A stretch of DNA of 63,511 bases, counting the filler, from Octopus bimaculoides (Eukaryota), in NCBI RefSeq assembly GCF_001194135.2. It is 7 parts of 6 records of this genome, joined end to end, with 100 filler letters (N's around TTAATTAATTAA, not from the genome) between each part and the next. Parts side by side here need not be neighbours in the genome. Positions count along the whole stretch, not along the records: positions 24,137 to 35,270 come from NC_068989.1; positions 35,371 to 56,878 come from NC_069006.1; 5 more parts are not named here. The stretch is one strand, 5' to 3'. This document shows, piece by piece, positions 28,872-42,702 of this stretch. Position numbers and translations under genes: made by a program. The notes beneath the pieces were generated by a model, which did no database searches, was not told the origin of the DNA, and saw only the letters and a list, made by a program, of their open reading frames with translations. Within the stretch, counting starts at the first letter, position 1. Every line of letters begins with the position of its first letter.

Positions 28872-29974
28872 NNNNNNNNNNNNNNNNNNNNNNNNNNNNN
28901 NNNNNNNNNNNNNNNNNNNNNNNNNNNNNNNNNNNNNNNNNNNNNNNNNNNNNNNNNNNNNNNNNNNNNNNNNNNNNNNNNNNNNNNNNNNNNNNNNNNN
29001 NNNNNNNNNNNNNNNNNNNNNNNNNNNNNNNNNNNTGAAATTTCTAGCCTTGTACCTATAGTATGAAAATTTATTATTATTAACAGCTGTTCTGATTTCA
29101 AATTCCTCCGGGGTCACCCCTTTGCCCTTCATCCTTTCGAGGTTCATGAAATAAATACCAGTTGAGTATAATCGACCTGCTCCATTTACTAAGATCTCAA
29201 GGCTTCTGCTTAATGTTACAAGGGACTATTACAACTGTAACAACGAGGCGGCCAGCTAGCTCAATCGTTAGCACGCCGGAAAAAATGCTTAATGTCATTT
29301 CTTCCAACTTTTTGAGTTCGAATTCCTCTGAGGTCGACTTTGCATTATTCAGATAGAGAATCACATTATTTTATTAATAAAATCTTAGTAAATGAAACAT
29401 GTGTAATGGGGAATAAATAATACCAACATTTTCTTCCAATCTCTTGTTTTGGTAACAGTTTGACTTAAAGTTTCGTGAGTGCATAGGACACGTCCGTCTC
29501 ATCAGATGCTTGGAGCTGCTTTTAAGATTATATGCAACCCCTACGAACTGTGCGGAGTGTTACTTCCTTTCGTTCGTTCACTCACTCCTATACATTCATA
29601 CACACGCACGAACACACACACACACACAAATACAATCTCTAATTCACTGGATTTAGTTTCGTTTCCTTTTTCTCTTCAGCAGCAAGGGAGACAATCCACC
29701 ATTCCTCATCAGCTCTACGTCCTACCAGTCACATGATGTTTGACTCATTGAATAGATGGCGAGATAATGACATTCTGTCCAAAGAATTTCGAAGAGAATC
29801 TGATTTTAGTAGGATATCTTTTTGCTTTATTATTTTTTTTTTATTTTACAGTTTTTTTTAATGATTTTTACATTTTTTCTTCAGATATTTTTATGATTCT
29901 TTTAGACTTGTTGTGGCACAACTACGGTTCGGTTCCCAACGATTTTCTTTCCTCAACCGCTTGCTTTACTTTCT

Positions 29975-30520
29975 ATTTTACGTCTCTCAGTCATTGGACT
30001 GCGGCCATGCTGGGGCACCGCATGAAAGGTTTTAGTCAAACAAATCGATCCTCGTACAAATTCGTTTAAGTTTGGTTCGATTCTATTGGTATCTTTTGCC
30101 GAGCAGCTATTGTTACCGGGACGTATACAAACCAACACCGGTTGTCAAGCGGTGGTGGGGTAAAGACAAAGACACCTACCACACACTCACACATCCACCC
30201 TCACGCACATACTCCTTAGTATGTATGTATGTCCCTTCTATTTTTTAACTGCGTAGGCGCAGGAGTGGCTGTGCGGTAAGTAGCTTGCTTACCAACCACA
30301 TGGTTCTGGGTTCAGTTCAACTGCGTGGCACCTTGGACAAGTGTCTTCTACTATGGCCCCGGGCAGACCAAAGCCTTGTGAGTGAATTTGGTAGGCGGAA
30401 ACTGAAAGAAGCCCGGTGTGTGCGTGTGTTTGTGTGTCTGTGTTTGTCTCTCCACCATCGCTTGACAACCGATGCTGGCGTGTTTACGCCCTCGTAACAT
30501 AGCGGTTTGGCAAAAAAATT
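29975..30520. mobile_element. Two partial family A SINEs in opposite orientation (3' half on minus at 29975-30180; 5' part on plus at 30257-30516)
   Basis: Direct similarity to 49898-50304. Confidence 0.8.
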
Positions 30521-31557
30521 AAGATCTAAAAAAAATATAAATACTTATCGGCCACAGAAACCCGCGATATACTGAGGAGTCTGCGATATTTATATATATT
30601 AGCCAGTAAAATCCGCGATGTCCTTAGGGCGCGATAGGCTAACCGCGATATGGCGAATGATTACTGTATATATATATATATATATATNNNNNNNNNNNNN
30701 NNNNNNNNNNNNNNNNNNNNNNNNNNNNNNNNNNNNNNNNNNNNNNNNNNNNNNNNNNNNNNNNNNNNNNNNNNNNNNNNNNNNNNNNNNNNNNNNNNNN
30801 NNNNNNNNNNNNNNNNNNNNNNNNNNNNNNNNNNNNNNNNNNNNNNNNNNNNNNNNNNNNNNNNNNNNNNNNNNNNNNNNNNNNNNNNNNNNNNNNNNNN
30901 NNNNNNNNNNNNNNNNNNNNNNNNNNNNNNNNNNNNNNNNNNNNNNNNNNNNNNNNNNNNNNNNNNNNNNNNNNNNNNNNNNNNNNNNNNNNNNNNNNNN
31001 NNNNNNNNNNNNNNNNNNNNNNNNNNNNNNNNNNNNNNNNNNNNNNNNNNNNNNNNNNNNNNNNNNNNNNNNNNNNNNNNNNNNNNNNNNNNNNNNNNNN
31101 NNNNNNNNNNNNNNNNNNNNNNNNNNNNNNNNNNNNNNNNNNNATATATATATATATATATAGTTGTAATAATGAAATCAGACCAAATGGTGATATTTAG
31201 AAATCATCCATTATGTAGGTTTCAGGTTTACGCGTAATCTAATCGGAAAAGCGTATTATACATAACGCAATCCTGAAACGTACGTAGTTAAATGAGTGCA
31301 AATATCACTATTTGGTTTGACTTCTTTATTACCCCTTATGCAACTCGATGCCAGTAGAAACGGGCAGGTGTAGACACCCTTTATGCAGATACTCTAACAA
31401 TGATTTTGAGTAGTTTATTGTACCAAGGTGGGATTCGATCAGCCTCCGCTGGGTCATCTGGGCTTCCATGCATGTTGAAAAACTCGAACTCCGTGATGTA
31501 TCTTGAAACTAAAACTAATATGCATGTACATGTATGTATAAGCATTTGTGTGTGTAT

Positions 31558-31625
<68 letters not shown>

Positions 31626-31639
31626 TATATATACGTGTG

Positions 31640-31687
<48 letters not shown>

Positions 31688-32128
31688 TACGTGTCTGTAT
31701 ATATGTATATATATATTACATACATACATATATATGCATATATTTATAAATATATATGTATTCATGTGCATATGTATGTATATATATANNNNNNNNNNNN
31801 NNNNNNNNNNNNNNNNNNNNNNNNNNNNNNNNNNNNNNNNNNNNNNNNNNNNNNNNNNNNNNNNNNNNNNNNNNNNNNNNNNNNNNNNNNNNNNNNNNNN
31901 NNNNNNNNNNNNNNNNNNNNNNNNNNNNNNNNNNNNNNNNNNNNNNNNNNNNNNNNNNNNNNNNNNNNNNNNNNNNNNNNNNNNNNNNNNNNNNNNNNTA
32001 TATATATATATATATATTCATATATATCTGTATATGTATGTATTCGTAGTTCTATGTACACCTCATCAATTTATCATATCACTGCGATGCTCTTAAAAGA
32101 TGCAAACAAAAACAAACAAAAATAATAG

Positions 32129-32160
<32 letters not shown>

Positions 32161-33169
32161 TATTTTGTTTGTGTAAGAATCGCAACGAATGTTTTGGTTA
32201 AATAGTTTCTATTCAGATATTATGCAAGACCAGAAAGAAATACGAAAGCGCGTGCGCACAAGTGTGTGTGTGTGTGTGTGTGTGTGACAGAGAGAGAGAG
32301 GGGGAGAGAGAGTGAAATGGTGGTGGTGGTGAGAATGAGCTGTTTCTTATTGAAGGACCCTTTTTTTTGAAATTCTCGAGTTACGGTTGTAAAACACACA
32401 TAAAATGAAGAAAATATCGGAAAGTAGGCAGCCACTTAAAAAAAAGTTCCAAGTTCCAAAGGACTTATTGGTGGTGGTCGGCATTAAGCAAGCGCTGTAT
32501 TCTCTCTCTAAGAACAAAAACAAAACAAATAAAATTGTACAAAAATAATAATAAAAAAATAATAAATAAATAATGATAATAAAAAAAAAGAATTAAGTGT
32601 TAGAATTAAATAGCTTCTCCTCGCGGGACATATAATGTATCTAAAAAAAAAAATTTGCTATATTTTATTTGTTTTTGTATATTTTTAATGCTGTTGTTGT
32701 TGTTGGTGGTGTTGGTGGTATTTTTATCTGTGGTGATGATGGTGATGGTGATGGTGGTGGTGCTGGTATGGTGGTGTTCTGGTGGTGGTGGTGCTGATGC
32801 TGCCACTGCTTGCGGTGGTGTTACTTGTAAGTGTCGACAACTTGCGCTTCAAACGGGAAAACGATCTTTTAAACATGGCTGACATAGATTGTTAATGTGG
32901 GATTTTTCTGATTTGCTTTACCACAAAGCAGCCATCTTCCACAAATAGATTTGTGCACAACCAAACACACACATGCACATACACACACACACACGCACGT
33001 ACACATACATATACTAGTGCAATATGACTATATATGTGTATCTGTGGTGACTTATCAATTCCTCTTTTTGTCTTTCTTTCTTTCTTTTGTACGTAACCGA
33101 ATATTTTATGGAATCGTTAGGGTTTTTTGTTCATCTTTTTACCTTTTACTTTTTTTTGTTACTTTTTTT

Positions 33170-33545
33170 AGTCACTAGACTGCGGCCATACTGGGGCACC
33201 GCCTTGAAGAATGTTTTAATCGAATGAATCGACGCAGTACTTTTTTTTTGTCCTTTTTAAACGCGCTACTTATTATATCGGTCTCTTTTTGCTGAACCGC
33301 TTAGTTACTAGGACCTAAACACACCGATACCGGTTGTCAAGCGTTGGTTGGGAACAAACACAGACACACACAAACACATACAGAGAGAGAGAGAGGGGGG
33401 GAGAGACAGACAGACAGAGATGGGGAGAGAGAGAGAGATCGATTTCTTGCAGTTTCCATCTACCAAACCCACTCACAAGGCTTTGGTTGGCTCGTGGCTA
33501 TAGTAGAAGACACTTGCCCAAGGTGCCACGCAGTAGGACTCAACC
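33170..33545 (-). mobile_element. Family A SINE with internal (GA)n/(CA)n
   Basis: Direct similarity to 10209-10606. Confidence 0.8.
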
Positions 33546-33984
33546 CTAAGCCATGGAGGGCTTCGTGGCCTTCACATACCTTCCAATATCGATGAGCTAA
33601 TCCGATTTATCGCTAATATTTATTTAATCTTATCTGAGGACATCATGGTTTATCTTCTAGAGTAAGGAATCTTATTCCACACGGGTCTGACACGACGACC
33701 TCCGAATCCGGAAACGCAATGAGTCCAGACCCACACGAGAGCAGTGTCTATGGTAGACTAGCACCCTATCCATGAGGTTGTGGTTTATTCCTCATCTCAG
33801 TTGCACCACATTACCTCAGCTCATCCAATTCTTGCTCAGAATGAATATGTATCAACGATTTATAAGGAAACGTTATATGCAATACGCTAGCGTCCTAGCC
33901 AGGAGGTTGTAGAAAAATTCAGGCAAGCATCCAGCTCCAACACTGATACTACTGTACCTAGGACAACATTTCCTGCCATTTTTC

Positions 33985-34175
33985 GTATGTGGTGGTGGTG
34001 GTGGCGGCTGTCGTCGTCATGATAATGACGATCAAGACGATGATGATGACGATGATGATGATGACGATGATGATGATGACGATGATGATGATGACGATGA
34101 TGATGATGACGATGATGATGATGACGACGATGGTGGCTGTCTTTGTCATGCTGACGACGATGACGACGACGACTA

Positions 34176-34209
<34 letters not shown>

Positions 34210-35128
34210 GGTGGTGATATTGATGATGATGATGATGATGATGATGATGACGATGATGATGACGATGATGACGACGATGATGACGACGACAAAAATAATT
34301 CTATAGATCTCAACATTTATTAGCAGAAAAGAAACAATAATAAAATGNNNNNNNNNNNNNNNNNNNNNNNNNNNNNNNNNNNNNNNNNNNNNNNNNNNNN
34401 NNNNNNNNNNNNNNNNNNNNNNNNNNNNNNNNNNNNNNNNNNNNNNNNNNNNNNNNNNNNNNNNNNNNNNNNNNNNNNNNNNNNNNNNNNNNNNNNNNNN
34501 NNNNNNNNNNNNNNNNNNNNNNNNNNNNNNACCACCATCGTAGCCGCCGCCACTCTCGTCACCAACCTATAATTCTCTTTCAACTGCCTTCGTTATTCTC
34601 GTATCTGCCACAACCGCCATTACTAAACCGTCCACTTTCATCACCACCACCACCATCTTCTTCATCATTTTCATTAGCACCTTCACCATAATGATAATTA
34701 TCATCATCATCATCATCATCATGGCCACTACGACAACCAACACCATTATCTTTATCACCATCATCATCATCATCATTATCATCATCATCGACATCATTAT
34801 TATTTCCTCAACCACCATTACGACCACTTTACCACACTTTTGATTGGGCCAACGCGATGGTCGCAGTTGGAGCGACGCTGATAAATGATTTGAAATGATT
34901 TGTCTGTACGGAAGGGCAAAACGAGCCAACAAAGAGAGCAAACGTCAACAGTGTTCACCTCTCGAAATAACAGCCAACTATCCCTCAAAATCACACATTA
35001 TCATCTTCCGATTAAGAAGGACATATCGGATCATATTGGCTCTGCATAAAAGACGGCATGGTCACGGATGGGGCGCTTCTGATCTCGGGTTTATTCAATC
35101 AGAATTGACCTGGGACTAAACACCCACC

Positions 35129-35160
<32 letters not shown>

Positions 35161-35270
35161 CAACAACATCATCACCACACCACCCCTTTACCACTACCAC
35201 CACAACCACTACTGTCATCGGCACCGTAACTACCATAACCTCCTCCATCACCGCCATCACCACCATCACC
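33985..35270. repeat. Trinucleotide low-complexity block: (GAT/GAC)n, (CAC)n, (CAT)n, (CAA)n
   Basis: Directly visible. Confidence 0.9.
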
Positions 35271-35370
35271 NNNNNNNNNNNNNNNNNNNNNNNNNNNNNN
35301 NNNNNNNNNNNNNNTTAATTAATTAANNNNNNNNNNNNNNNNNNNNNNNNNNNNNNNNNNNNNNNNNNNN

Positions 35371-38300
35371 TGTTCGTTCGTAATTACGTACGTTCGAAGG
35401 AACAAAAGAACGAACGAAAGTACGTACGTACGATCGAACGAACGAACGAACGAATGAAGGTAAGTACGAGCGAACGAACGAACAATCGAACGTACGAATA
35501 AAAGAAAGAACGTTCGTACGTCAGTACGATCAAACGAACGTTATTATGTACGTACGTTCTTTCTTTCGTTCGATGGATAGTTCGTTCTTACGTACGTACG
35601 ATTGTTCTTTCGTACGTAATTACGCACGTTCGTTCGTTCCTACGTACGTTCGTTCGTTCGTTCGTCCTTACGTTTGTAAGTGCGTACGTTCGTTCGTTTG
35701 TTCGTTAGATCGGTCGTTCGATCGTTAGATCGTCCGTTCTTACGTACGTACGATCGTTCTTTCGTACGTACTTACGCACGTTCGTTCGTTCCTACGTACG
35801 TTCGTTCGTTCGTTCGTCCTTACGTTTGTACGTGCGTACGTTCGTTCGTTCGTTCCTACGTACGTACGTACGAACGTACGTATGTTCGTTCATTCGTACT
35901 TACATACTTACTATCGTTTTGTCGCTATTCCGTTCGTTCGTTTGTTTGTTAGATCGAACGAATGTACGTTCATTCGTTCAAACTTTCGTTCTTTCGTTCG
36001 ATCGTTCGTTCGTTCTTTTGTTTCTTCGTTCGATCATTTCATCGTTTGAGCCTTTCTTCGTTCGTTCTATTCTACGTACGTACGTACGTTCGTTATTTTG
36101 ATGGTTCGTTCGTTCATTCGCTCGTTCGTTGGCTCATTCGTTCATTCGTTCGTTCCTACGAACGTTCCCAATTAGGTTCGTTCGTTCGTAATTACGTGCG
36201 TTCGAAGGAACAAAAGAACGAACGANNNNNNNNNNNNNNNNNNNNNNNNNNNNNNNNNNNNNNNNNNNNNNNNNNNNNNNNNNNNNNNNNNNNNNNNNNN
36301 NNNNNNNNNNNNNNNNNNNNNNNNNTTTCGTACGTACTTACGCACGTTCGTTCGTTCGTCCTTACGTCTGTACGTGCGTACGTTCGATCGTTCGTTCGTA
36401 CGTACGTCTGTTCGTTCATTCGTACGAACGAACGAACGTACAAACCTAAGAACAAACGAACGAACGAAAGTACGTTGGAAGGAACGAACGTACGTCAGTA
36501 CGTGCTAAAGAACGGTCGTTCGTACGTATGTACGTAGGTACGAACGAACGATCTAACGACCGATCGAACGAACGACCGTATGTACGTATGTACGAACGAA
36601 CAAACGGACGTACATACTACGAAATAACTAACGAAGGAACGAACGAACGTACGTACGTACGTACGTACGAACGACCGAACGAACGAACGTACGAAAGAGC
36701 GACGAACAAACGAATCAACGAACAAACGAACGTACGTTTGCACGTCCGTTCATACGTAAGAAAGAACGATCGAACGAACCAACAAACGAACGAACGAACG
36801 AATGAACGAACGTACGTAAGTAGGTACATAAGTACCTTCGTACGAACGAACGGACAAAGGAACGAACTAACGAACGTACCTACGAACGAACGAACGTATG
36901 TACGTACGTACGAACGAACGAAAGAACGTACGTACGTACGACCGAACGAAGGATGAAATGAACGAAAGAATAAACGTAGGTATGTTCGAACAAACGAACG
37001 AACGTACGTACGTAAGAACGAAAGAAAGATCGAACGAAAAGACGAAGCAACGTACGTACGTACGTATGTACGATCGAGCGAATGAAGGAACGTGCGTACA
37101 TACGTTCGTACGTACGAACGAACGAACGTACGTCCGAACGTAGGTACGTACGAACGAACAAAAGAACGAATAAACGTACATTCGTACGTAGTACGTACAT
37201 TAGAACGAACAAACGAACGAATGAAAGAACGAACGCACTTGCGAACGAAAGAAAGATCGAACGAAAAAACAAAGGAACGTACGTACGAACGAACGAACGT
37301 ACGTACGAACGAACGAACGTACGTACGTAGGAACGAACGCACACACGAACAAACGAAAGATGGAACGAACGATAGAACGAAAGAACGAAGGAACAAAAGA
37401 ACGAACGAAAGATTGAAGGAACGAAGTTACGTACGAGCGTACGAACGAACGAACGAACGAAAGAAAGAACGTACGTACGTAATAACGTTCGTTCGTTCGT
37501 ACTTACGTACGTTCTTTCATTTGTTCATTCGTTCCTACGTTCGTTCGTTCGTACTTGCGTACTTTCGTTCGTTCTTTTGTTCCTTCGAACGTACGTAAGT
37601 ACGAACGTAATTACGAACGTGCAAACGAACGAACGAATGAACGAACGAGCGAACGAACGAACCATCGAAAGAACGAACGTACGTATGTCCGTAGAATAGA
37701 ACGAACGATTGAACGAACGAACGAAAGAAGGATCAAACGATGGAATGATCGAAGGAAGGAACAAAAGTACGAATGAACGAATGTACGTACGTTCGAACGA
37801 ACGATCTAACGGCCGAACGATCGAAGGAACGAACGAAAGAACGAACGTACGTAGGACCGAACAACCGGACGTACGTACGTACGTATATGCGAACGAATGA
37901 ACGATTGAACGAACGAACGACCGTATGTACGTAAGTACTTACGTACGAACGAACAAACGGACGTACATACTACGAAGGAACGAACGAACGAACTAATGAA
38001 CAAATGAAAGAATTAACGAAGGAACGAACGTACGTACGAAAGAGCGACGTACGAACGAAACAACGAACGTACGTTTGTACGTACCTTCATACGTAAGAAA
38101 GAACGATCGAAAGTACGAATGAACGAACGAACGAACGATCGAACGAATAAACGAACGAATGAACGAACGAACGGACAAACGAACGAACTAACGAACGTAC
38201 GCACGTACCTACGAACGAACGAACGTACGTACAACCGAACGAAGGAAGAAAGGAACGAAAGAATAAACGTAGGTACGTTCGAACAAACGAACGAACGCAC

Positions 38301-41300
38301 GTACGTATGAACGAAAGAAGGATCGAACGAACAGACGAAGGAACGTACGTGCGTACGTACGATCGAGCGAACGAAGGAACGTGCGTACATACGTCCGTAC
38401 ATAGGAACGAACGAACGAACGAACATACGTCCGAACGAACGTTCATCAGAACGAACGAACGTACGTACATTAGAACGAACAAACGAACAAACGAAAGAAC
38501 GTACGCACTTGCGAACGAAAGAAAGATCGAACGAACAAACAAACGAACGCACGTACGAACGAACGAACGAATGAACGTACGTACGTAGGAACGAACGTAC
38601 GTAAGTACGAACTAACGAACGTAATTACGAACGTACGTACGAACGAATGAACGAACGAACCATCGAAAGAACGAACTACGTACGTAGAATAGAACGAACG
38701 ATTGAAGGAATGAACGAAAGATTGAACGAACGAATGTACGTTCGTACGAACTAACGAACAAACGAACGAAAGAAATAGCGAAAAAACGTACGTACGTACC
38801 TAAGTACGAATGAACGAACATAGGTACGTTCGTACGTACGTACGAACGAACGAACGAACGTACAACCGTAAGAACGAACGAACGTACGTACGTACAACCG
38901 TAAGAACGAACGAACGTACGTACGTACGAACGACCGAACGAACGTACGTACGAAAGAGCGACGAACGAACGAAACAACGAACAAACGAACGTACGTTTGT
39001 ACGTACGTTCATACGTAAGAAAGAACGATCGAAAGTACGAATGAACGAACGAACGAACCATCGAAGGAATGAACGAACGACCGAACGAATGATCGAATGA
39101 ATGAACGAACGTACGTAAGTAGGTACATAAGTACGGACAAAGGAACGAACTAACGAACGTACGCACGTACCTACGAATGAACGAACGAACGTATGTACGT
39201 TCGTTCGTTCGTACGTACGTACGAACGAACGAAAGAACGTACGTACGTACGACCGAACGAAGGAACAAACGAACGAAAGAATAAACGTAGGTATGTTCGA
39301 ACAAACGAACGAACGTACGTACGAACGAAAGAAAGATCGAACGAACAGACGAAGGAACGTACGTACGTACTTACGATCGAGCGAACGAAAGAACGTGCGT
39401 ACATACATCCGTACGTACGAACGAACGACCGTACGAACGTACGTGCGAACGTAAGTACGTACGAACGAACGTACGTTCGTACGTACATTAGAAAGAACAA
39501 ACGAACGAACGAAAGAACGTACGTACTTGCGAACGTAAGATAGATCGAACGATCAAACAAACGAACGTACGTACGAACGAACGAACGAATGAACGTACGT
39601 ACGTACGAAGGAACGAACGAACGAATGATTGATCGAACGAACGCACAAAGGAGAGATGGAACGAAAGAACAAAAGAAAGTACGTAGGTACGTACGTACGA
39701 ACGAAAGATTGAAGGAACGAAGGTACGCACGAGCGAACGAACGAACGAAAGAAAGAACGTACGTACGTAATAACGTTCGTTCGTTCGTACTTAATTCTTT
39801 CTTTTGATCGTTCGTTCGTACTTACGTACGTTCTTTCTTTTGTTCGTTCGTTCGTACGTACTTTCGTTCGTTCTTTTGTTCCTTCAAACGTACGTAAGTA
39901 CGAACGAACGAACATAATTGCGTACGTACGTACCAAAGAACGAATGAACGACCGAGCGAACGTCCGAACGAACCATCGAAAGAACGAACGTACGTACGAA
40001 TCAACGATCGAACGAATGAAAGAACATAGGTACTTACGAAGGAGTGAACGAAAGAAGGAACGTACGATAGAACACGATTTAACGAACAAATGTAGGTACA
40101 TACGTACGAACGTACGAACGAACGAAAGATTGAACGAAAGAATGTACGTATGCACGTACGAACGAAAGAAAGAACAAACGAAAGAAAGATCGAAATAAAC
40201 AAAGAACGAACGTACATACGTACGTAAATACGTACGAACGAACGAAAGAACTTACGTTCGAACGAACGAACGTACGTATGAACGAACGACCTNNNNNNNN
40301 NNNNNNNNNNNNNNNNNNNNNNNNNNNNNNNNNNNNNNNNNNNNNNNNNNNNNNNNNNNNNNNNNNNNNNNNNNNNNNNNNNNNNNNNNNNNNNNNNNNN
40401 NNNNNNNNNNNNNNNNNNNNNAAACGAAAGAAAGATCGAAATAAACAAAGAACGAACGTACATACGTACGTAAATACGTACGAACGAACGAAAGAACTTA
40501 CGTTCGAACGAACGAACGTACGTATGAACGAACGACCTAAGGAACGAACGAATGAACGAACGACCGAAGGAACGAACGAATGAACGAACGTACGTACGGA
40601 CGAACAAGCGAACATAAGAACTAACGAAAGTACGAAAGAACTAACGAGGGTACGTACATATGTACGTACGTTCGAACGACCGACCGAACGTACGTAAGTA
40701 TGACGTGCGTATGTACGTAAGTACTATGTGCGTACCTGCGTACGTACGAACAAACGAACGAAAGAAAGAACGAAACAACGAACAAAAGGTGGTACGTTTG
40801 TACATACGTTCGTACGTAAGGAACGAACGTACGTTCAGAGGAACGAACGAACGTACGTACGAACGAACTAACGAACGTACGTGGATAAGTACTATGAACG
40901 AATGAACGATCCTAGTTAAGTACGTATCTAAGTAAGTACGCACGAATGACAAACGAACGTACATACGTACCTACCTACGAGCAAACGAACGAACGAAGTA
41001 ACGAAAGAATGAACCAACGAATGAACAAACAGACGTACGTACGTATGAACGAACAAAAGAACGAATGAACGTACCTACGTACGTACATTGGATTGAACAA
41101 ACGAACGTACGCACTTGTGAACGAAAAAAAGATCGAACGGTCAAACAAACGAACGTACGAACGAACGAACGTACGTACGTACATACATCTGTACGTAGGA
41201 ACGATCGAACGAATGTACGTACGTACGAACGAATGAATTAACGTATGTACGTACGTACGAACGTACATAGTACGAATAAACGAACGAACGAACGTACGTA

Positions 41301-41870
41301 CAAACGATCGAACGAATGTAAGTTCGAACGAACAAAGGTACGTACGTAAGTACGAACCTAATTACGAACGGATGGACGAGCGAACGTACAAACAAACGAA
41401 GCAGCGAACGAACGTACGTACGAACGAAGGAACGAAGGAACTAATAAACGAACGAACGTAAGTACGAACGAACGACCGAGCAAATGAACGAACGAACTTA
41501 CGTACGTAAATACGTACGAACGATCGCACGAACGAACCTACGTTGGTAGGTACGAAAGAACGAGAGAACGAACGTACGTACGGATGTACGTTCGCAAGTA
41601 CCTACGTACGAAAGAATGAACGAACGTACGTAAAAACGAACGACGAACGAACGAACGTACGTAAGTACAAACGAACTAACGATCGAACAAACAAAAAACA
41701 GAACGAACGAACGAACGTAAATATGTACGTAGGTACGAACGAAAGAACGATCGAAGAAACGAATGTACGTACGAAAGAACGAACGATCGAAAGATCGAAC
41801 GTACGTATGAGCGAACGGAATCATATACATATGTCTGTATGTACGAACGAACGAACGAATGTACGTACGT
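35371..41870. repeat. Complex CpG-rich satellite of CGAA/CGTA/CGAT tetramers with ~0.9-1.35 kb higher-order units and an inverted left block
   Basis: Recurrent landmarks: aaagagcgac at ~36694/38039/38953; ggacaaa at ~36852/38173/39135; aataaacgtagg at ~36969/38262/39280; acttgcgaacg at ~37237/38507/39526. Strand bias switches near 36420. Confidence 0.9.
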
Positions 41871-42702
41871 AGGTAAATATATATATAAATATATATATCT
41901 ATATATATATATATTTATTTATAAATAAATATATAAATGAATATATATATATATATATTTACAAATAAATATATATATAAATATATATTTATTTATAAAT
42001 AANNNNNNNNNNNNNNNNNNNNNNNNNNNNNNNNNNNNNNNNNNNNNNNNNNNNNNNNNNNNNNNNNNNNNNNNNNNNNNNNNNNNNNNNNNNNNNNNNN
42101 NNNNNNNNNNNNNNNNNNNNNNNNNNNNNNNNNNNNNNNNNNNNNNNNNNNNNNNNNNNNNNNNNNNNNNNNNNNNNNNNNNNNNNNNNNNNNNNNNNNN
42201 NNNNNNNNNNNNNNNNNNNNNNNNNNNNNNNNNNNNNNNNNNNNNNNNNNNNNNNNNNNNNNNNNNNNNNNNNNNNNNNNNNNNNNNNNNNNNNNNNNNN
42301 NNNNNNNNNNNNNNNNNNNNNNNNNNNNNNNNNNNNNNNNNNNNNNNNNNNNNNNNNNNNNNNNNNNNNNNNNNNNNNNNNNNNNNNNNNNNNNNNNNNN
42401 NNNNNNNNNNNNNNNNNNNNNNNNNNNNNNNNNNNNNNNNNNNNNNNNNNNNNNNNNNNNNNNNNNNNNNNNNNNNNNNNNNNNNNNNNNNNNNNNNNNN
42501 NNNNNNNAAATATATATATTTATTTATAAATAAATAAATAAATATATATATAAATAAATGATATATATATATATATATTTATTTATAAATAAATAAATAA
42601 ATATATAAATAAATAAATATATATATATATTTATTTATAAATAAATAAATAAATATATAAATAAATAAATATATATATTTATATATATAAATAAATATAT
42701 AT
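41871..42702. repeat. (TA)n/(TAAA)n AT-only block around a gap
   Basis: Directly visible. Confidence 0.9.

Noticed and set aside
33683-33732. Possible second hammerhead (gggtctg...GAAAC...GTC cagaccc)
   Set aside because: There is no CUGANGA box in register with stem I and no convincing stem II.
35371-41870. Long R/T/N/E/Y/V/S/F-rich ORFs, or a CRISPR-like array
   Set aside because: The ORFs arise because the tetramers lack stops in several frames on both strands; there is no repeat-spacer architecture and no cas genes.
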